Shown here in pieces: positions 13,346 through 28,195 of a stretch of 64,000 bases of DNA. Positions within the stretch are counted from its first letter, which is position 1. Every line of letters begins with the position of its first letter. The stretch comes from the human T2T-CHM13v2.0 reference genome, Homo sapiens, in assembly GCA_009914755.4 (NCBI GenBank), contig CP068257.2, positions 43,776,001 through 43,840,000 of the forward strand, written 5' to 3'. The translations under genes and the position numbers were made by a program. The notes under the pieces are model-generated. The model had not been told where the DNA came from, made no database searches, and saw only the letters and a program-made list of their open reading frames with translations.

Positions 13346-15794
13346 AGGGCCCGGCTCCAAGGGTCATATGAGTGGATCTGGAGGTCGGCCTCTCTTGAAT
13401 CCCAGCCTCCTCGGGGTCAGCCCAGGTTGTCCCCACCCCCACCTGAGTTACTGCGGAACCAAGGGGCTCATGGCCATTGAGTGACTCCAGTTAATGCTGA
13501 ATTAGGTACCTCAGGCTTGAGTCAAATATTAACAGAGGAGGCCGGCCAGAGCTCCCCAGTGTTTGGAGGATAGCTTGGTTTTCTCCCTGAGTGCATTGCC
13601 CATACCGGGTGGAGGCAGTTCCGTCCTGCAGACTCCGTGGTTCTGAGTTGGAGCCCTTACTGGCCAGTTTAAGACCCTCTTGGAGCAGGGTTCTGCAGTG
13701 TCCTGGGGGCAGAGGCCTGACGCACTCAGCTGCTCGCCCAGGGCCCTCCTGTTGGGCATTTGGATTTGGAATCTGAGGCTGTAGGAGCAGCTGCCTCCCA
13801 GTGAATTCTGATGCACAGACAGGGGCCTGTCCTGCCAGCAGGTCCTGCAGACGGAGCCGGGCCAGGGTGCTGGGCAGTGCTGCGGGGCCCTGGTGGAAAC
13901 AGTCCCTGCAGAGGGTCCCGGGCACTGGTGCTGGGGGGAGGGTAGGGCTTAAGGAGGCCTCATGTCGGGACCCTGGCAGGCCACCCCACCTCCCGCAGTG
14001 CCCGGTCCGCCATCCACAGTGACACAGGGACACCTTCTCAGGTGGAGGAGGTGGCAGTCACGGCAATTCAGGAGCAAACCCAGGCTTCCTGTGCCTCTGT
14101 GGTGGGCCCTGGTGGTGTTGGCAGGCCCAGGGCACAGGCAGGCTCAGGGCTCTGCTGGGGAGCAGTGGGAGGCCCTCTCTGCAGGGCGGAGAGCCAGGTG
14201 AGGAGGTGTGTGGCGCAGGTAAACACGCCTGGAGCGCAGCTCTGCTGTGGGTTAGCCGTGGGTCTCTGGGCGAGGGTTCCCGGGATACAGACACCTGCCC
14301 CAAGGTGCCCCACAGAGGATGACCCCCAGGGCAGCCGTGCCTGAGCCTGCGTGGTCACCTCCCACAGTGCCAAGGCGCTCCCCCAAGGCCCCTGCGGCCC
14401 ACCTGACCAGTGGAGAACTCGCGAGCACTCGGCCAGTGGTGCCTCCAATTTGCAGCCTCCAATCCCTGGTCAGAGGTGTGACCTGACCCTGGACCAGAGC
14501 GCTGGGCCAGGTCCTGGTGGCTTCTGCCCTTCAGCTTGGAAGCTCCTGAAAACCGGCTCCCTTCCGGGGCAGCCCTTGGCCCCCACTGACCCTCCCTCAG
14601 TCCTAGGTGTGCAGTGGCGTGGGGACCCTGGGAGGCCCGTGGCGCAGCCCCTTCCCGCCTCCTGCCCGTCGGTTTCCATTGCTCAGGCACTGCCTCGCCC
14701 GCGCCTCTTTCTCCCAGACCTGAGCCACCGCTGCCAGGATCCTTCCCCAGCTGGTTTTCCTTCTCTTTGATGTGTTTCCACTGAGGGTCCAAACCGGTCC
14801 AGGCGCGGGTTCCAGAACTTTCTTCAGATCTCTCGCACCTGAAAATTTCCTCTGTAGCCATTCGCAGGAGGTTTCTCAGATGCCCCGGGCTCGGGGGCCA
14901 GTCAGTCTCATGAGGACGGGGTGGGTCTGACTTGTGGCATCGCGGCCTCTCCATCGGTGCTGCTGGGCCTGTGAGCCAATGGGTGGGCAGCACCACCCAC
15001 CGCCTCCTTCCTCACACCAGTCTTGGGCTGCGCAGAGCCCCAGCCATGTGTGTGCTGAGTGCAGTGTGACCGCGTCCGCCCGTCTCCCCGGACACGCCTG
15101 TTGGAGCCCCGGCCGTGTGTGTGTGTGTGCTGTGAGTGCAGTGTGACCGCGTCCACCTGTCTCCCTGGACACGCCTGTCAGAGCCCCAGACTGGGCTCCC
15201 CTGGAGGACCCTGGTGCTGACACAGAGTCAGCGGGTCCCTGGGGTCCCTGCAACTGTCCCCCAAGAGGTGTGCATGGAGGTGGACCCCCTGCCTCACCCT
15301 CGGGTGGCCCAAGGCCTCTGAAAACCGTCACGGCAGGGGTCACAACCCCACTCACCCACACCCTCCTGCATGAACACTGCACAGCTACCTCCCGTGGGCT
15401 GCCCTGTGAGGTGTGGAGCTGGGCTGCAGACTTGCACAAGGTGGGGTCCTGTGTCTGGAGTCAGAGGGTCCCTCTCGTCGTCCAGCCTCCCCGGCTCCTC
15501 AGGGGGAGGTTCGGGGCCTTTGGTCTCTGGACTTGGGCAGCAGAAAGGAAACATCCCTGGGGGCCTGTGGTGACCCCCATCCTCCCCAGGGTGGTCTGGC
15601 AGGGGACACTGTTTTCCAAAGCAAAGCCAGAGCGCCAAGGGCTCTCGGGATTCACGAGATCCACATTTATCCCAAGTTAGAACAGCACATCTGTGCGTGC
15701 AAACTTCATTCTGACTTCGGCCGGCTGTCCTTCTTGCCCAAAGCACCGTGAGGCCTCATCCCTGCATCCCTGTTGCTTCTTTCATGTGGGATGA

Positions 15795-16649
<855 letters not shown>

Positions 16650-18650
16650 TGAGGGGTCTGGGAGGGAGGCCTTGGAGGGTACCCATGCTGCTGGGACTGA
16701 TGCTCCCCGCGGTGGAAGGAGCTGCCTCTTGAACAGCAGGGGGCTGAGCAGAGGGGAGGGGATGCGGGGGTGCCGTGCACACAGGTGCTCTCAGGACGCA
16801 GGGGCTTCTCAGCCCTGCTGTCCCAGGGCTGCACTCCAGCAGGGCAGACTCCTGAGGTGCAGACACCCCAGCTTCACGCTCACACTTCTGGAAGGCGATG
16901 TCTGTGCGTTTGCTTTCTGCTGCAGTTTAAAAAGCCGGGCTCTCTCCGGAGCGTGTGTAGGGCCTGGTCACTGGAATATCTGGACTCAGTGTTAATGGCA
17001 GCCACGCTGGGGGCTGGGCCCAGCTTTCTGTTCTCCGTGTGGGTGCCATATCCACCTCCATCGCAGCCCTTTCTCTCTCGACCTTTTAAATCACAGTGTC
17101 ACCTCCCCCTGCTGTCCTGCCAGTGGCCCCTGGAGGCTTCTCCCCACCCCTTTCTTCTGGGGCAATTCTTAAGGCTGGCATTGAATCAGGAGGCCAGATG
17201 TGGCCCCTAGTAACTCACCAGCAGTCCCTGAGGCTTCTGGCTCCCCTGGCCCACCAGCCTCCCATGTCTGCCTCAGGCCTCTTGACCCGCCTGGCACTGA
17301 CCAGACTGTGTGCCCGGGTGCCGTGCCCATGGGCTCCGCCTCCCCCAGGCAGGCCCCCTCTTGCTCCGCGGCCACCCCTGCTCTTGACCTCACACCTCTG
17401 CGGTGTGTCTGGACACACCAGCACCACGGCGGGCGGGGAGCGGAATTCTCCAGGTGGGGTGGGCAGGCCGGCGGGTGTTGAGGTCTCTGTGCATGCTTGT
17501 GCGTACCCTGGACTTTGCCGTGAGGGGTGGCCAGTGCTCTGGGTGCCTTTGCCAGACAACTGGTCTGCCGGGCCGAGCATTCATGCTGGTCGCCATCACG
17601 TGACTCCCATGCGCCCTGGCCCTGGGGTTGGGTCTGCAGGACTGAGAACCAGCGGAAGGGGGGCGAGGCCTCGGGAATGCGCCGGCAACTGGCGATGAGC
17701 TCAGGCCTGACTAATGAGCCCAGGTGACTCATACACCCGGGGCCTGGATGAGTCTGACTGGGTCAGGACTTCCCTGCTTGTTCTGTCCTGGGAGATGTTG
17801 TCCCTGGCCCTGCAGAGCCGGGAGGACACGAGGCCTCCTGGGTCACAGCCAACGCAGCCTACTCCTGCCCACTGCTCGCGCCGGCCAAGGCCCGTCGGCA
17901 CCACCTCCTCCATGAAGCCTTCCTGACTGCCCCCATCCCTCTGTGGGCAGCTCGAGTGTGCATCTTGAGTGCTGTGCAGGTTGGGGTCCGGCGCTCCTGC
18001 AGGCAGGCGGCGTCTGGGCCTGGGGGCTCTCAGAGTTTGAGGAGCGTGTGGTGAGGGTGGCCTCGGGCCTCAAAGACGCAGCGCTGTGGGAACCGGGAGA
18101 CTGGCTGAGCCCGCTCTGAGGAAGGTGGGGCCAGGGGCACCCTCAGCTGACCCGGCGTGCAGGGGTGACCAGCCAGGCGTGGCCAAGGATGGGGTCTCTG
18201 GGATCAGGAGACTTCAGTAGCAGCCAGGACCGAGGCCACCAGTTTCCACCCTGGCATTTTCCATCTTTTGAAGGACTGGAAACGATTGGATTCTTTAACT
18301 TTTTTAAGTTGAGGTGAAATTCACAACGCATAAAATTAACCATCTTAAAGCGAACAATTCGGTGACATTTAGTACAGCCAGAAGGCTGTGCAGCCATCAC
18401 CACTGCCCAACTCTAGAACATTCACACGCCGGAGAGAGGGAGCCCTGGGCCATCACGCAGCCACCGCCCGGCCCCAAGAACCTGCGAGTCCACTTTCCAC
18501 CTCTGGATCAGCGGTTCTGGACGTTCATGCAGGTGGTTCCCGCAGTGCGAGGCCTTTTGTTTCGGGCTCCTCTCACAAGCCTCACGTTTCCAGGTACGTC
18601 GTGGTGTTGTGCAGACCCACAATTCATCCCTTTTCATGGGTGTGTAATAG

Positions 18651-19046
<396 letters not shown>

Positions 19047-19714
19047 CTTTCTTTAACTGCATCCCTGGAGGGATCTGAGAGTCTCTTTCCCTGTCTCCTT
19101 TCCTTTGGAAAACATTTCAGCCAGGGCTCCCCAAGATGAAAGGCCAGAGTCCCAGGCATGGGCGTTGCAGGTGCACAGTTGCCACGGGGAGCTGTGGGTG
19201 ATGGTCGCTGTCAGCGATGGCTGCTGCAGGTCCCTGTGAGGAAGGGGCAGTGCCCACAGCAGGAGGAGAGGGAGTCAGCGGACGTTGATTGGCAGTGCCC
19301 GCCCATTCCATCATTCAGTCACCCACTGTGCACCCAGCACCCAGGCTCGGCTGCATAGAACATGGCCCAGGAAGGCTCCACTTCCTGTCTCCTCTTCTCC
19401 CCTCTCCAGTCTCATGATGGGGCTGGAGGCATCTTCTAGTTTTGAGTTCTGAGCTAATGAACATGCTCATGAGCAGGCGGCAGGATCCCAGGACGGTGGA
19501 GCTGGGAGCCTGACTGCGGGTGACGGACAGGCTCTGGCAGCCCCTGTCAGCATCCTCTCCAGGGCATGTGAAAGCCAGTGTGTCCTCAGCTGCCAGTGCC
19601 CCCTCCCCACCTCCTCTGGGCCCATGTGCACGGGACCTGGGCTCCCCCAACCAAGCCTGCCCGCCTTGGTTCAGCAGAACGGCTCCTGTCTCTACAGCGG
19701 TGCCAGGCCAGGAG

Positions 19715-20140
19715 TGCTGTGTCTGTGAAGCGGGGTCATGGTTTTGGGGCCCTCATCTCCCTCGCGCCCTCTCATTGGGGACCCCCCGTCTCCCTAGCGC
19801 CCTCTCGTCCTCTCCTGCATGTGCTGTGTCTGTGAAGCGGGGTCATGGTTTTGGGGCCCCCCGTCTCCCTAGCGTTCTCTCGCCCTCTCCAGCATGTGAA
19901 GTGGGGTCATGGTTTGGGGGCCCCCATCTCCCTAGCGCCCTCTCGTTGGGGACCCCCCGTCTCCCTAGCGCCCTCTCGCCCTCGCCTGCATGTGCTGTGT
20001 CCATGAAGTGGGGTCATGGTTTGGGGGCCCCCTATCTTTCTAGCACCCTCTCGCCCTCTCCTGTATGTGAAGTGGGGTCATGGTTTGGGGGCCGCCATCT
20101 TTCTAGCGCCCTCTCGCCTTCTCCTGAGCGTGTGGAACTC
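19715..20140. repeat. VNTR/minisatellite, about 72 bp x about 6 (gtgctgtgtctgtgaagcggggtcatggttttggggcccc...gtctccctagcgccctctcgccctctcctgcat)
   Basis: Direct reading of repeated units. The 212-aa ORF across it is internally repetitive. Confidence 0.85.
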
Positions 20141-21175
20141 TGTGGTGGTCAGAGCTAAGGTTCTGAATAGGTCGAAGCACCTCCCCGGTGCCTCTCACCC
20201 TGAATGCTCTGGGAGGACACAGCCTTTTCATAGGCTACGACTGACATGGCAGGAGGGGCCTGCCTGCCACCCGGGTCCTCTGCTGCCTGCTGCTTGCTGG
20301 GGAGGGGGCTCGAGACTGGGATCCTGGGCTTCTGCTCCAGCTGTGCCCAAGGGAGCTGCTGAGGAGGGACCGGGTGGGGCATCCACTCTGGGCAGGTTCA
20401 GGGTCATTCTTGGTGACCCCGGGTCCGGTTACAAAGGCTGATGGAGCGCGTGGGTGGCTGCCTAAGTCTCTGGAAGCCCAAGAATGTGGAGATGGCGCGT
20501 CTCGGCCCGGGGTCTCGTGGCTGGTCTGGGAGAACTTGCCTTTATTTCTAGGCAGGAGGCTGCACTGCAAGGGAGCGTCAGTGGCCCGGCTGGCTTTCCC
20601 CGGCCCTCAGCCCGCACTCGTCCACCAAAGCAAGCTCCTTTGTGGGGCTGCCCTGGGAAGCCGGGATCACGAGGCTCTGCCGGCCGTGGTCACCCCATGA
20701 GGCAGGGTCAGCTCGGGAGCAAGGCGGATCAGATGGAACAGAACACGTAGACCACCTCGCCCGCCCTTAGTCAGCTGGGCCATTGAAAATCAAGTCCGTA
20801 GAAAGACCTAGAAATAAGTCCCGGGGTGCCCTTGCCTGTTGACGGGCGGGCCGAGCAGGACTGTTCTCAGGCAGGCACTGGTCTCTTGGCTTCCAGGTGG
20901 TTTGTTTGCTGGTTTGAGGCTGGGGGTGACGCTCCTGTGCGGGAGGAGGTCGCATTCCATTCATAGCGGCTTATCTGGGCTGTCAGGCAGGCCTGGGAGG
21001 GAGCCTGCCTCTGTGCTCTCCAAGGGTGGGCGACGGACAGACAGGGTGTCCCACCCCTTCTGGGCCAAGGACAGAGGGTCAGTGTTTGCAGAGACCTGGG
21101 GAGGCCCAGGTGACCTCCACCGAGCACCTGCTGTGTGCAGGGCCAGTGCTGGCTGCAGAGACAGCGGAGCGTGTG

Positions 21176-21425
21176 TGGACCCGGCGGCCCAGGGGAGGGG
21201 GGCAGGCAGGACCCGGCGGCCCAGGGGAGGGGGGCAGGCAGGACCCGGCGGCCCAGGGGAGGTGGGCAGGCAGGACCCGGCGGCCCAGGGGAGGGGGGCA
21301 GGCAGGACCCGGCGGCCCAGGGGAGGGGGCAGGCAGGACCCGGCGGCCCAGGGGAGGGGGGCAGGCAGGACTCGGCGGCCCAGGGGAGGGGGGCAGGCAG
21401 GACCAGGCGGCCCTGGGGGTCAGGG
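21176..21425. repeat. G-rich minisatellite, about 33 bp x about 7.5 (acccggcggcccaggggaggggggcaggcagg)
   Basis: Direct reading. Its translation gives the artefactual 'GRTRRPRGGGQAGPGGPGE' repeats seen in the ORF track. Confidence 0.9.
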
Positions 21426-23584
21426 GTGGAGGCCAGGCCTAGACGGCCCACAGGAGGGTGGACTCATTCTGACCGATTCCTGGAAGCCCCCGGAAAGTGG
21501 TGATGTTCTGGAGGGCCCAGCAGACCCCAAGGCCCCCAAGACAATCCCAGCTGGCTCTCTGCGGCTCTCGGTGTCTGCCATTTGAGACAATTTGGGCACA
21601 GGCAGGGCAGGCCGTCGCGGACGGTCTAAGCCGCGCGCATTGGTGGGGGCAGCAGAGCCCCTGCTCTCAGCTCCTCGGGGTACAGCGGGGGTACCAGGCG
21701 GGTGAGTGGGTGGGTGGTCACTGCTCCTGCCAAGGGCAGCCCTGGTTTGGTTTGCACTTGCTGCCCTGGTGACGGCTGCTCTCATTCCTGCCCCATTGCT
21801 AACAAGGGTGTCATAAGCTACTTTCCCGGCCCACATCCTATTAAGCCCATGGAGACCCTCCCACAGCTGAGCCTGCTGTGGGCTGCAGGCCCTGGGCGGT
21901 GCCCACCTCGGTCCCCACTGGCCTCCTTCCAGCACTTTAGAGCAGACACAGGTTGGAGATAAGGAAAGTTCCAGAGCACAGACTGGAACAAGCCCCAGGC
22001 CTCTCCCTGCCCCAGCAGGGCCTCCCTGGATTTGGGGGACAGGTGCCCTCATGGGGGGTCCTGAAGGTCAGAGCTGGGGCTGGGGCTGGGCTGGCGGAGG
22101 TGGCCTTGGCGGAGGCCACATTCCAGGGTCTCAGTGAGAGTCTGTGGCAGGCAGCCTTGCAGATGCCGCTGAGGGACCCCCCACTTCATGTTGTGGGTGA
22201 TGTGGTCCATTGATTGCCTCCAGGTTTAAATCAGGTGGATATTTACCTAGCGGCCTCCTCTCCCTCTGCACAGGGCCTGGAGTGGGATGGACTGGGGTGC
22301 TCAGCTGGAGGCTCTGCAGACACAGCCCCCTGGGCTATGCAGGCCCTGCTGGGAGCCACATTGCCATTTTTCATCACCCACTTTTTGGGTGAGAACCCCC
22401 TCGAGTCCTAACATCTGCCGCATCTCAGAGCCTGTGGCTCCAGTCAGAGCGTCTGGACCATACTGCTGGGGTCAGAGCGCGGCAGGACAATGGCCAGTTT
22501 CTGTGTGATTGCTGGCGGGAATCTTGAGCCATTCCGTGGGTCCGTGGGCTGGGATCTGGAAGCTTCCTTGAAATGTCTCTGGGCACGTGGCTCTGTGGGT
22601 CAGGGTGGGACATGGCCCCGTAGCAGGCTGTCCTACAGCAAAAGCCTGCTCTGTGAGCCAGCCCTGTGCAGGCCTCCCTCGGTACAGCCGGGAGGGGCCT
22701 CACCCTCCACCCACAGAAATCAAGGCTGCAGAAGACAGATGCCTGTGCCAACCCCTCCGGCAGAGTTATGCCAAATGTCCCACTAAATTCACCCCTCTAG
22801 GGAGAGGTGCCTCCTGCATCTACTTTTCCTAGAATAAGTATGAGAAACCCCAAATAGGTTCTAGAAAAAACAGCAGTGTACACAGATGTTAATCCTCTTC
22901 GAAACTTGACTGAGTCATTTAGCCAAAGAAAACAGCAACAATGGCTTCATTTCGAGAGGGTCACGGACACCCTTTCATGTTTGATTCCTTCTGACCTTGT
23001 GAGTTTATAGAAGGACAAGGAGAGAGGGACGTGCTGGGTTTGTTCAGATGTGGACAGAAAGTTTGGATGATAGGACAGAACATTTAGTTCAATCTTTCCA
23101 CTTATGGCTCTTAAAAGCCCTTTATTTTTATAGGTAACATGCTTTAAACAAACTTTAAAATTTGAGGTTGCTAGTACCCATTGTGTGTGGATTGGACCAG
23201 CTCCATGAGAGTGGAGCCCGGGAGCCTCTCTGGTCGTCTTTGTGTGCGTCTGTGCCTGTGCCTGGTAGTAGTTCTGTCTGGAAGGTGAGCAGGGCCACAG
23301 AGCACCAAGAAAATACCAGGGACTTTGCAGGTCTCGGGTGGATTCAGGTTGATCCAACAGATGCCGGCCCAGGGCCTGCAAGGAGGCTCCTTTCGCGTGG
23401 CTGCCGTGGCCCCTGTGAGCTGGGCTTGTCCTATGAGAAGAGCTCCTGCAAGAACACCTTTTGAAGTCACCCCTGGGGGAGATGAGCTGGATGGCATTTG
23501 GAGCCCCCAGCAGCTCACATTCCTGAGCTCTTGGTCCCATGTGGGATTCGATAATTTTCTTTACACTGACAGGCAGCATCTCTT

Positions 23585-23680
23585 TGGCCAGCCGTGTGAC
23601 TGTTGGGTCATGTGTCTTCTCTGTGCCTCAGTTTTTCTCCCCTGCAAATGGGTTCACTGAAAGCACTGGCCAGGGGAGGG
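23585..23680 (+). mobile_element. MIR SINE fragment
   Basis: Matches the MIR core as I recall it: ...tcttctctgtgcctcagtttttctcccctgcaaatggg... Confidence 0.55.
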
Positions 23681-23854
23681 GCTGTGGCATGGCATGACAG
23701 GCTGAGGGGCACTGAGCAGGTGCCAGGAGCCAGGTGGTGTCAGGTGAGCCCCCCAGGAACCCCAGTTTTTGTGCACGGTGGGAAAGAGACCATCAGGGGC
23801 GGAGGGGAATGAACACCCACCCTTTGGGGGCTCAGGTGCCAAACAGATGTGTGT

Positions 23855-24040
23855 GCAGGTGCATGAGCCAGGTGTGTGAGCAGGTGCATGGGCCAGGTGT
23901 GTGAGCAGGTGCATGGGCCAGATGTGTGAGCAGGTGCATGGGCCAGGTGTGTGAGCAGGTGCATGGGCCAGGTGTGTGAGCAGGTGCATGGGCCAGATGT
24001 GTGAGCAGGTGCATGGGCCAGGTGTGTGAGCAGACACTTC
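23855..24040. repeat. Minisatellite, 25 bp x about 7 (gcaggtgcatgggccaggtgtgtga)
   Basis: Direct reading. Confidence 0.9.
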
Positions 24041-25094
24041 CTGTGCAAGCCTGTGCTCCTGTGGCTCATGGGTGCATGATCCAGAAACCCAGAGGCAGTG
24101 GCTTCACCGGGGTTGGTGATATTCAAGCTCTTGCAGGAGGGGGTTGTGGCAGGGCAGGACAGAAGCATCTGACCAGAGGGTGCAGGGCCACAGCATTTCT
24201 GCCCTCGGGGACAGGCGGCCCGTGCTGGGACGGGCGCAGGAGCTCCTGAAACCTCTGTTCTCAGTTCAGAAACCAGGTACCTTTCCCATCTGACCCCCCA
24301 GGCAGCCATTAACAGGTCCAGGTGAGAGAGTCTGTGCATGAGACCTACTTTCCTTGCTCTCTCCGGGGGGGTTTGCAGCAGTTCTGAGCATCAGGCCAGA
24401 GGCTGGGACTCCCTGCCTGAGTCGGGGTGAGGGCTTCCCGTGGCTCTGTGAGCTTCAGAGGCTTGGCATGTACAAGCAGGGCTGTTACAACAGCCTTTAA
24501 AAAATCATGGAGAAGAACCCAGTGCATCTTCTCCTCAGAGGGTGGCAGAGGCTGAATGAATTTGCATCTGGACGTTCCACTTCCACCTCCTTCCTAACCA
24601 AAGACTGTATATGCAGGTGGTTCGTGGATGTATCTGGGCTGACTGGCAGTGGGGAGATGGGGGCTCCCCCACGTCTTGGCGGGGGTCCCGGTGGGTTGCA
24701 GCCCCCAGAGCCGGGCTTCCCGGAAAGGGGCATCGCTTCTCTCTTTTGGGCTGTGCTGGGGTCTCTCTGGTGAGGGGTGACCCAGGGCCTTTGAACAGCC
24801 GGTCCTAGACCAGGCCCTGGTTCCTGTGATGCTGACAGGCTGTGGCTTGAGAGCCTGGGTCAGGAAAGCCCAGTCAGAGGGGAAGCCGGGGGCTGGTTCT
24901 GACCCTGCATGGTTTCCTGAGGGACGTGCTCAGTGGGATTTGTCCCTGGAGCACCAAGGGCTGAAGGAAAGCCACTGCCCTGCTTTCTCGCAGCCCTGGT
25001 CCCCATTCTTCTGTGGGTGCAGGTGGGGATGGTGGGGTGAACCCGCCCTCCTGGGGACAGATATAGGGATGCCGGGATGCCGCACTGCAGGTGT

Positions 25095-25245
25095 GAGTCC
25101 TGGGAAGTGGGTAGGGGGTCGATGGGAGGAAGAGAGGAAGGTGGGGTGGGGGCGGGAGGAGAGAAGAGGAAGAAGGGGGTGGGGGGAGGGAGGAAGGAAG
25201 AGGAGGAAGGTGGGGTGGGGGTGGGCGGAGGGAGGAGGAGGAAGT
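25095..25245 (+). repeat. Purine-only (GA/GGA-rich) tract of about 150 bp; candidate H-DNA/triplex-forming mirror repeat
   Basis: gggaggaagagaggaaggtggggtgggggcgggaggagagaagaggaagaaggggg... is almost entirely purines on the + strand. Confidence 0.7.
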
Positions 25246-26559
25246 GGGGGCGTCCCCATCAGAGACCTCCTGCAGACCTCCAGCTGTTTGGTCCATGGGT
25301 GGGTTGGTTAGGTCTGGGTTCAGAAGCCCCTTCAGTGTAGGTGCTCAGCTGGGCCATGGAGTCCTGGCCTTCCCTCTGAGCACAGACCCACCGGGAATGG
25401 GCAGCCCGTTCTTAGTGACCCTGGGGGCTGGGGAGCACCCACCCTCTGAGCCCCAGCTCGGCCTCCATGTGTCAGGTGGGAGGCACGGGCAGGGCCAGGC
25501 TGTGGGAGTCCGGGAGGGAGTCAGAGGTTGGCTGGGGCAGAGGTGGGGTCAGGGAGCAGGAAGTGAGCGTTTGCCCACTGGGGTAGACGCTGGGTGGATG
25601 GGGAGCTGGGAGTCCTATAGGGTGAAGGGTCTGCCGTGGGCTGAGGCATGTTGGGGCATCCCGAGTACCTATGGGCCCCTTGGACGTCCCCCCGGCGCTC
25701 CCTGGCACAGGTCTGCTCGGAGGGTGTCGGCCTCCTCTGCATTCAGGATCGTGGGTCTGTCAATTGGGACACCTATGAACAAATGCTCTTCCCATCAGTA
25801 ACTCCGTGTGCCCCTCTCTTGAGCCCCTGTGAGATGCACCCTGGGGTCCCAGCCTCACCCACTATCCTTCACAGCAGAGCTGTGGGTCCATGGCCCAGGC
25901 AGGGTGGCCAATTCCTGCCCACTGCAGTCGGCAAGGGGGACACTGGGGCCTCAGGCTCATCTTCTGGGTGCGTTTATAAAGCCAGCACAATGTGCAGCGT
26001 TTGCAGACAGTATCCTCTGTGAGCAAGAGCATGTTTAAAGGGGGCTCATTTGAAACCCTACCTACAGGGCTGCCATCCCTCTGGTGAATGCCCACGTGGG
26101 TGACAGTGATTCTAGCCCTTGATTTCCTTGAGCTGATGGTGGGCCCCTGGGCTGAGGAGACCCTCAGCCAGGAGGTCCCAGGCCCAGGGATGAGTGAGCT
26201 GTACAGCAGTGTCACAGCAAAGCAGCCACCCTCACCCGGGGCCCATCCAGCGTGTGCAGTGGGCAGAAGCCTGCGTGAGCTGGGCAGGGACGAGGGACTG
26301 TGCCGCCGCCCCATTGTGAATCTGTGTTCATTTTCCTGACTTCCTTCATTTCTTGTGATTTTAAAGCTGGGGAGTGGAGATTCTACTTCCTGCTCTATCT
26401 GGAAGGAGAGGGCTTTCGGTTCGGCAAAAAAGTCGTCTTTGTGGGCGCCTGTGCCTCAGGCCACGTGGAGGCCACATGGAACTCCCATTGGGGAGGGGAC
26501 CATGGGACTGGATGGCGGGAAAGTGCCCCACCCCTGCAGCCCTGGAACTGTGGCTGGGG

Positions 26560-26930
26560 TGGGGCTGAGGCTGGGGGAGGGGGTCTGGTGGGGAGGGAGC
26601 TGAGGCTGCTCAGGGGACTGCTGGTGGGGGGCCCTAGAAGGAGGGAGCCGTGGCTGTGGGGTCCCTGATGGGAGGGAGATGTGGCTTGGCGGGGAAGCTG
26701 TGGAGGGAGGGAGCTGTGGCTACTGGGGAGCTGTGGCTGGGGGAGTGCCGTGCCTGGGGGTCTGTGACTGGGGAGTTGCTGGCTGGGGGGCAGCCATGGC
26801 TGGGGGAACCCTGGCTAGGGAGGGGCTGGCTAGGGGCGAGCCGGGCTGCGCGGGGCCCTGGCTGGGGAGCAGCTGGCTGTGGCAGGAGCTGTGGCTGGGG
26901 CTTCTGCTGTCTGCATCCGTTCCTGTACAT
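26560..26930. repeat. G-rich minisatellite of about 30-35 bp units (gggagggagctgtggctgggg / ctgctggtgggggg variants)
   Basis: Direct reading. Confidence 0.8.
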
Positions 26931-26984
26931 AGTGAAGGTGGGTTCTATTGCCAAGGTTCTGCAGGTGAGGGTGTGTGCTGTTCA

Positions 26985-28195
26985 CACCACAGCATCACAC
27001 AGGCACTCTCCTGCACACACACACTCACACACACACTCAGACACACAGGCACTCTCCTGCACACACACTCACACTCAGACACAGGCACTCTCCTGCACAC
27101 ACACTCACACTCACAGACACACAGGCACTCTCCTGCACACACACACACAGACACAGGCACTCTCCTGTACACACACACTCACACACTCAGACACACAGGC
27201 ACTCTCCTGCACACACACACACTCACACAGGCACTCTCCTGCACACACACACACACTCAGACACACAGGCACTCTCCTGCGCGCACACACACACACTCAG
27301 ACACACAGGCACTCTCCTGCACACACACACTCACACTCAGACACACAGGCACTCTCCTGCACACACACACTCACTCACAGACAGACACACAGGCACTCTC
27401 CTGCACACACTCACACTCACAGACAGGCACTCTCCTGCACACACTCACACTCACAGACAGGCACTCTCCTGCACACACTCACACTCACACACAGGCACTC
27501 TCCTGCACACACACACTCAGACACACAGGCACTCTCCTGCACACACACACTCACACTCAGACACAGGCACTCTCCTGCACACACACACACACAGACACAG
27601 GCACTCTCCTGTACACACACACACTCACACACTCAGACACACAGGCACTCTCCTGCACACACACACACTCACACAGGCACTCTCCTGCACACACACACAC
27701 TCAGACACACAGGCACTCTCCTGCACACACACACACACACACAGGCACTCTCCTGCACACACACTCACACTCAGACACACAGGCACTCTCCTGCACACAC
27801 ACACACTCACTCACACACAGACACACAGGCACTCTCCTGCACACACTCACACTCACACTCAGACAAGCACTCTCCTGCACACACTCACACTCACACTCAG
27901 ACACACAGGCACTCTCCTGCACACACACTCACTCAGACACAGGCACTCTCCTGCATACACACACTCACACTCAGACACACAGGCACTCTCCTGCACACAC
28001 ACACTCACACACTCAGACACACAGGCACTCTCCTGCACACACACACACTCACACACTCAGACACACAGGCACTCTCCTGCACACACACACACTCAGACAC
28101 ACAGGCACTCTCCTGCACACACACACACTCACACACTCACTCAGACACACAGGCACTCTCCTGCACACACACACACTCACACACTCAGACCCTCA
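26985..28195. repeat. Large VNTR, about 1.2 kb, units of about 37-41 bp (cacacaggcactctcctgcacacacac[tc]acac[tc]cagacac), about 30 copies
   Basis: Direct reading. It accounts for the three overlapping 480-608 aa '[15 protein letters not shown]' ORFs, which are artefacts. Confidence 0.95.

Noticed and set aside
20839-21585. 248-aa ORF with Gly/Pro/Arg-rich repeats (GRTRRPRGGGQAGPGGPGE) that superficially looks collagen-like
   Set aside because: It coincides exactly with the 33-bp G-rich minisatellite. It lacks strict Gly-X-Y periodicity and has no splice-site structure. It is a repeat translation artefact.
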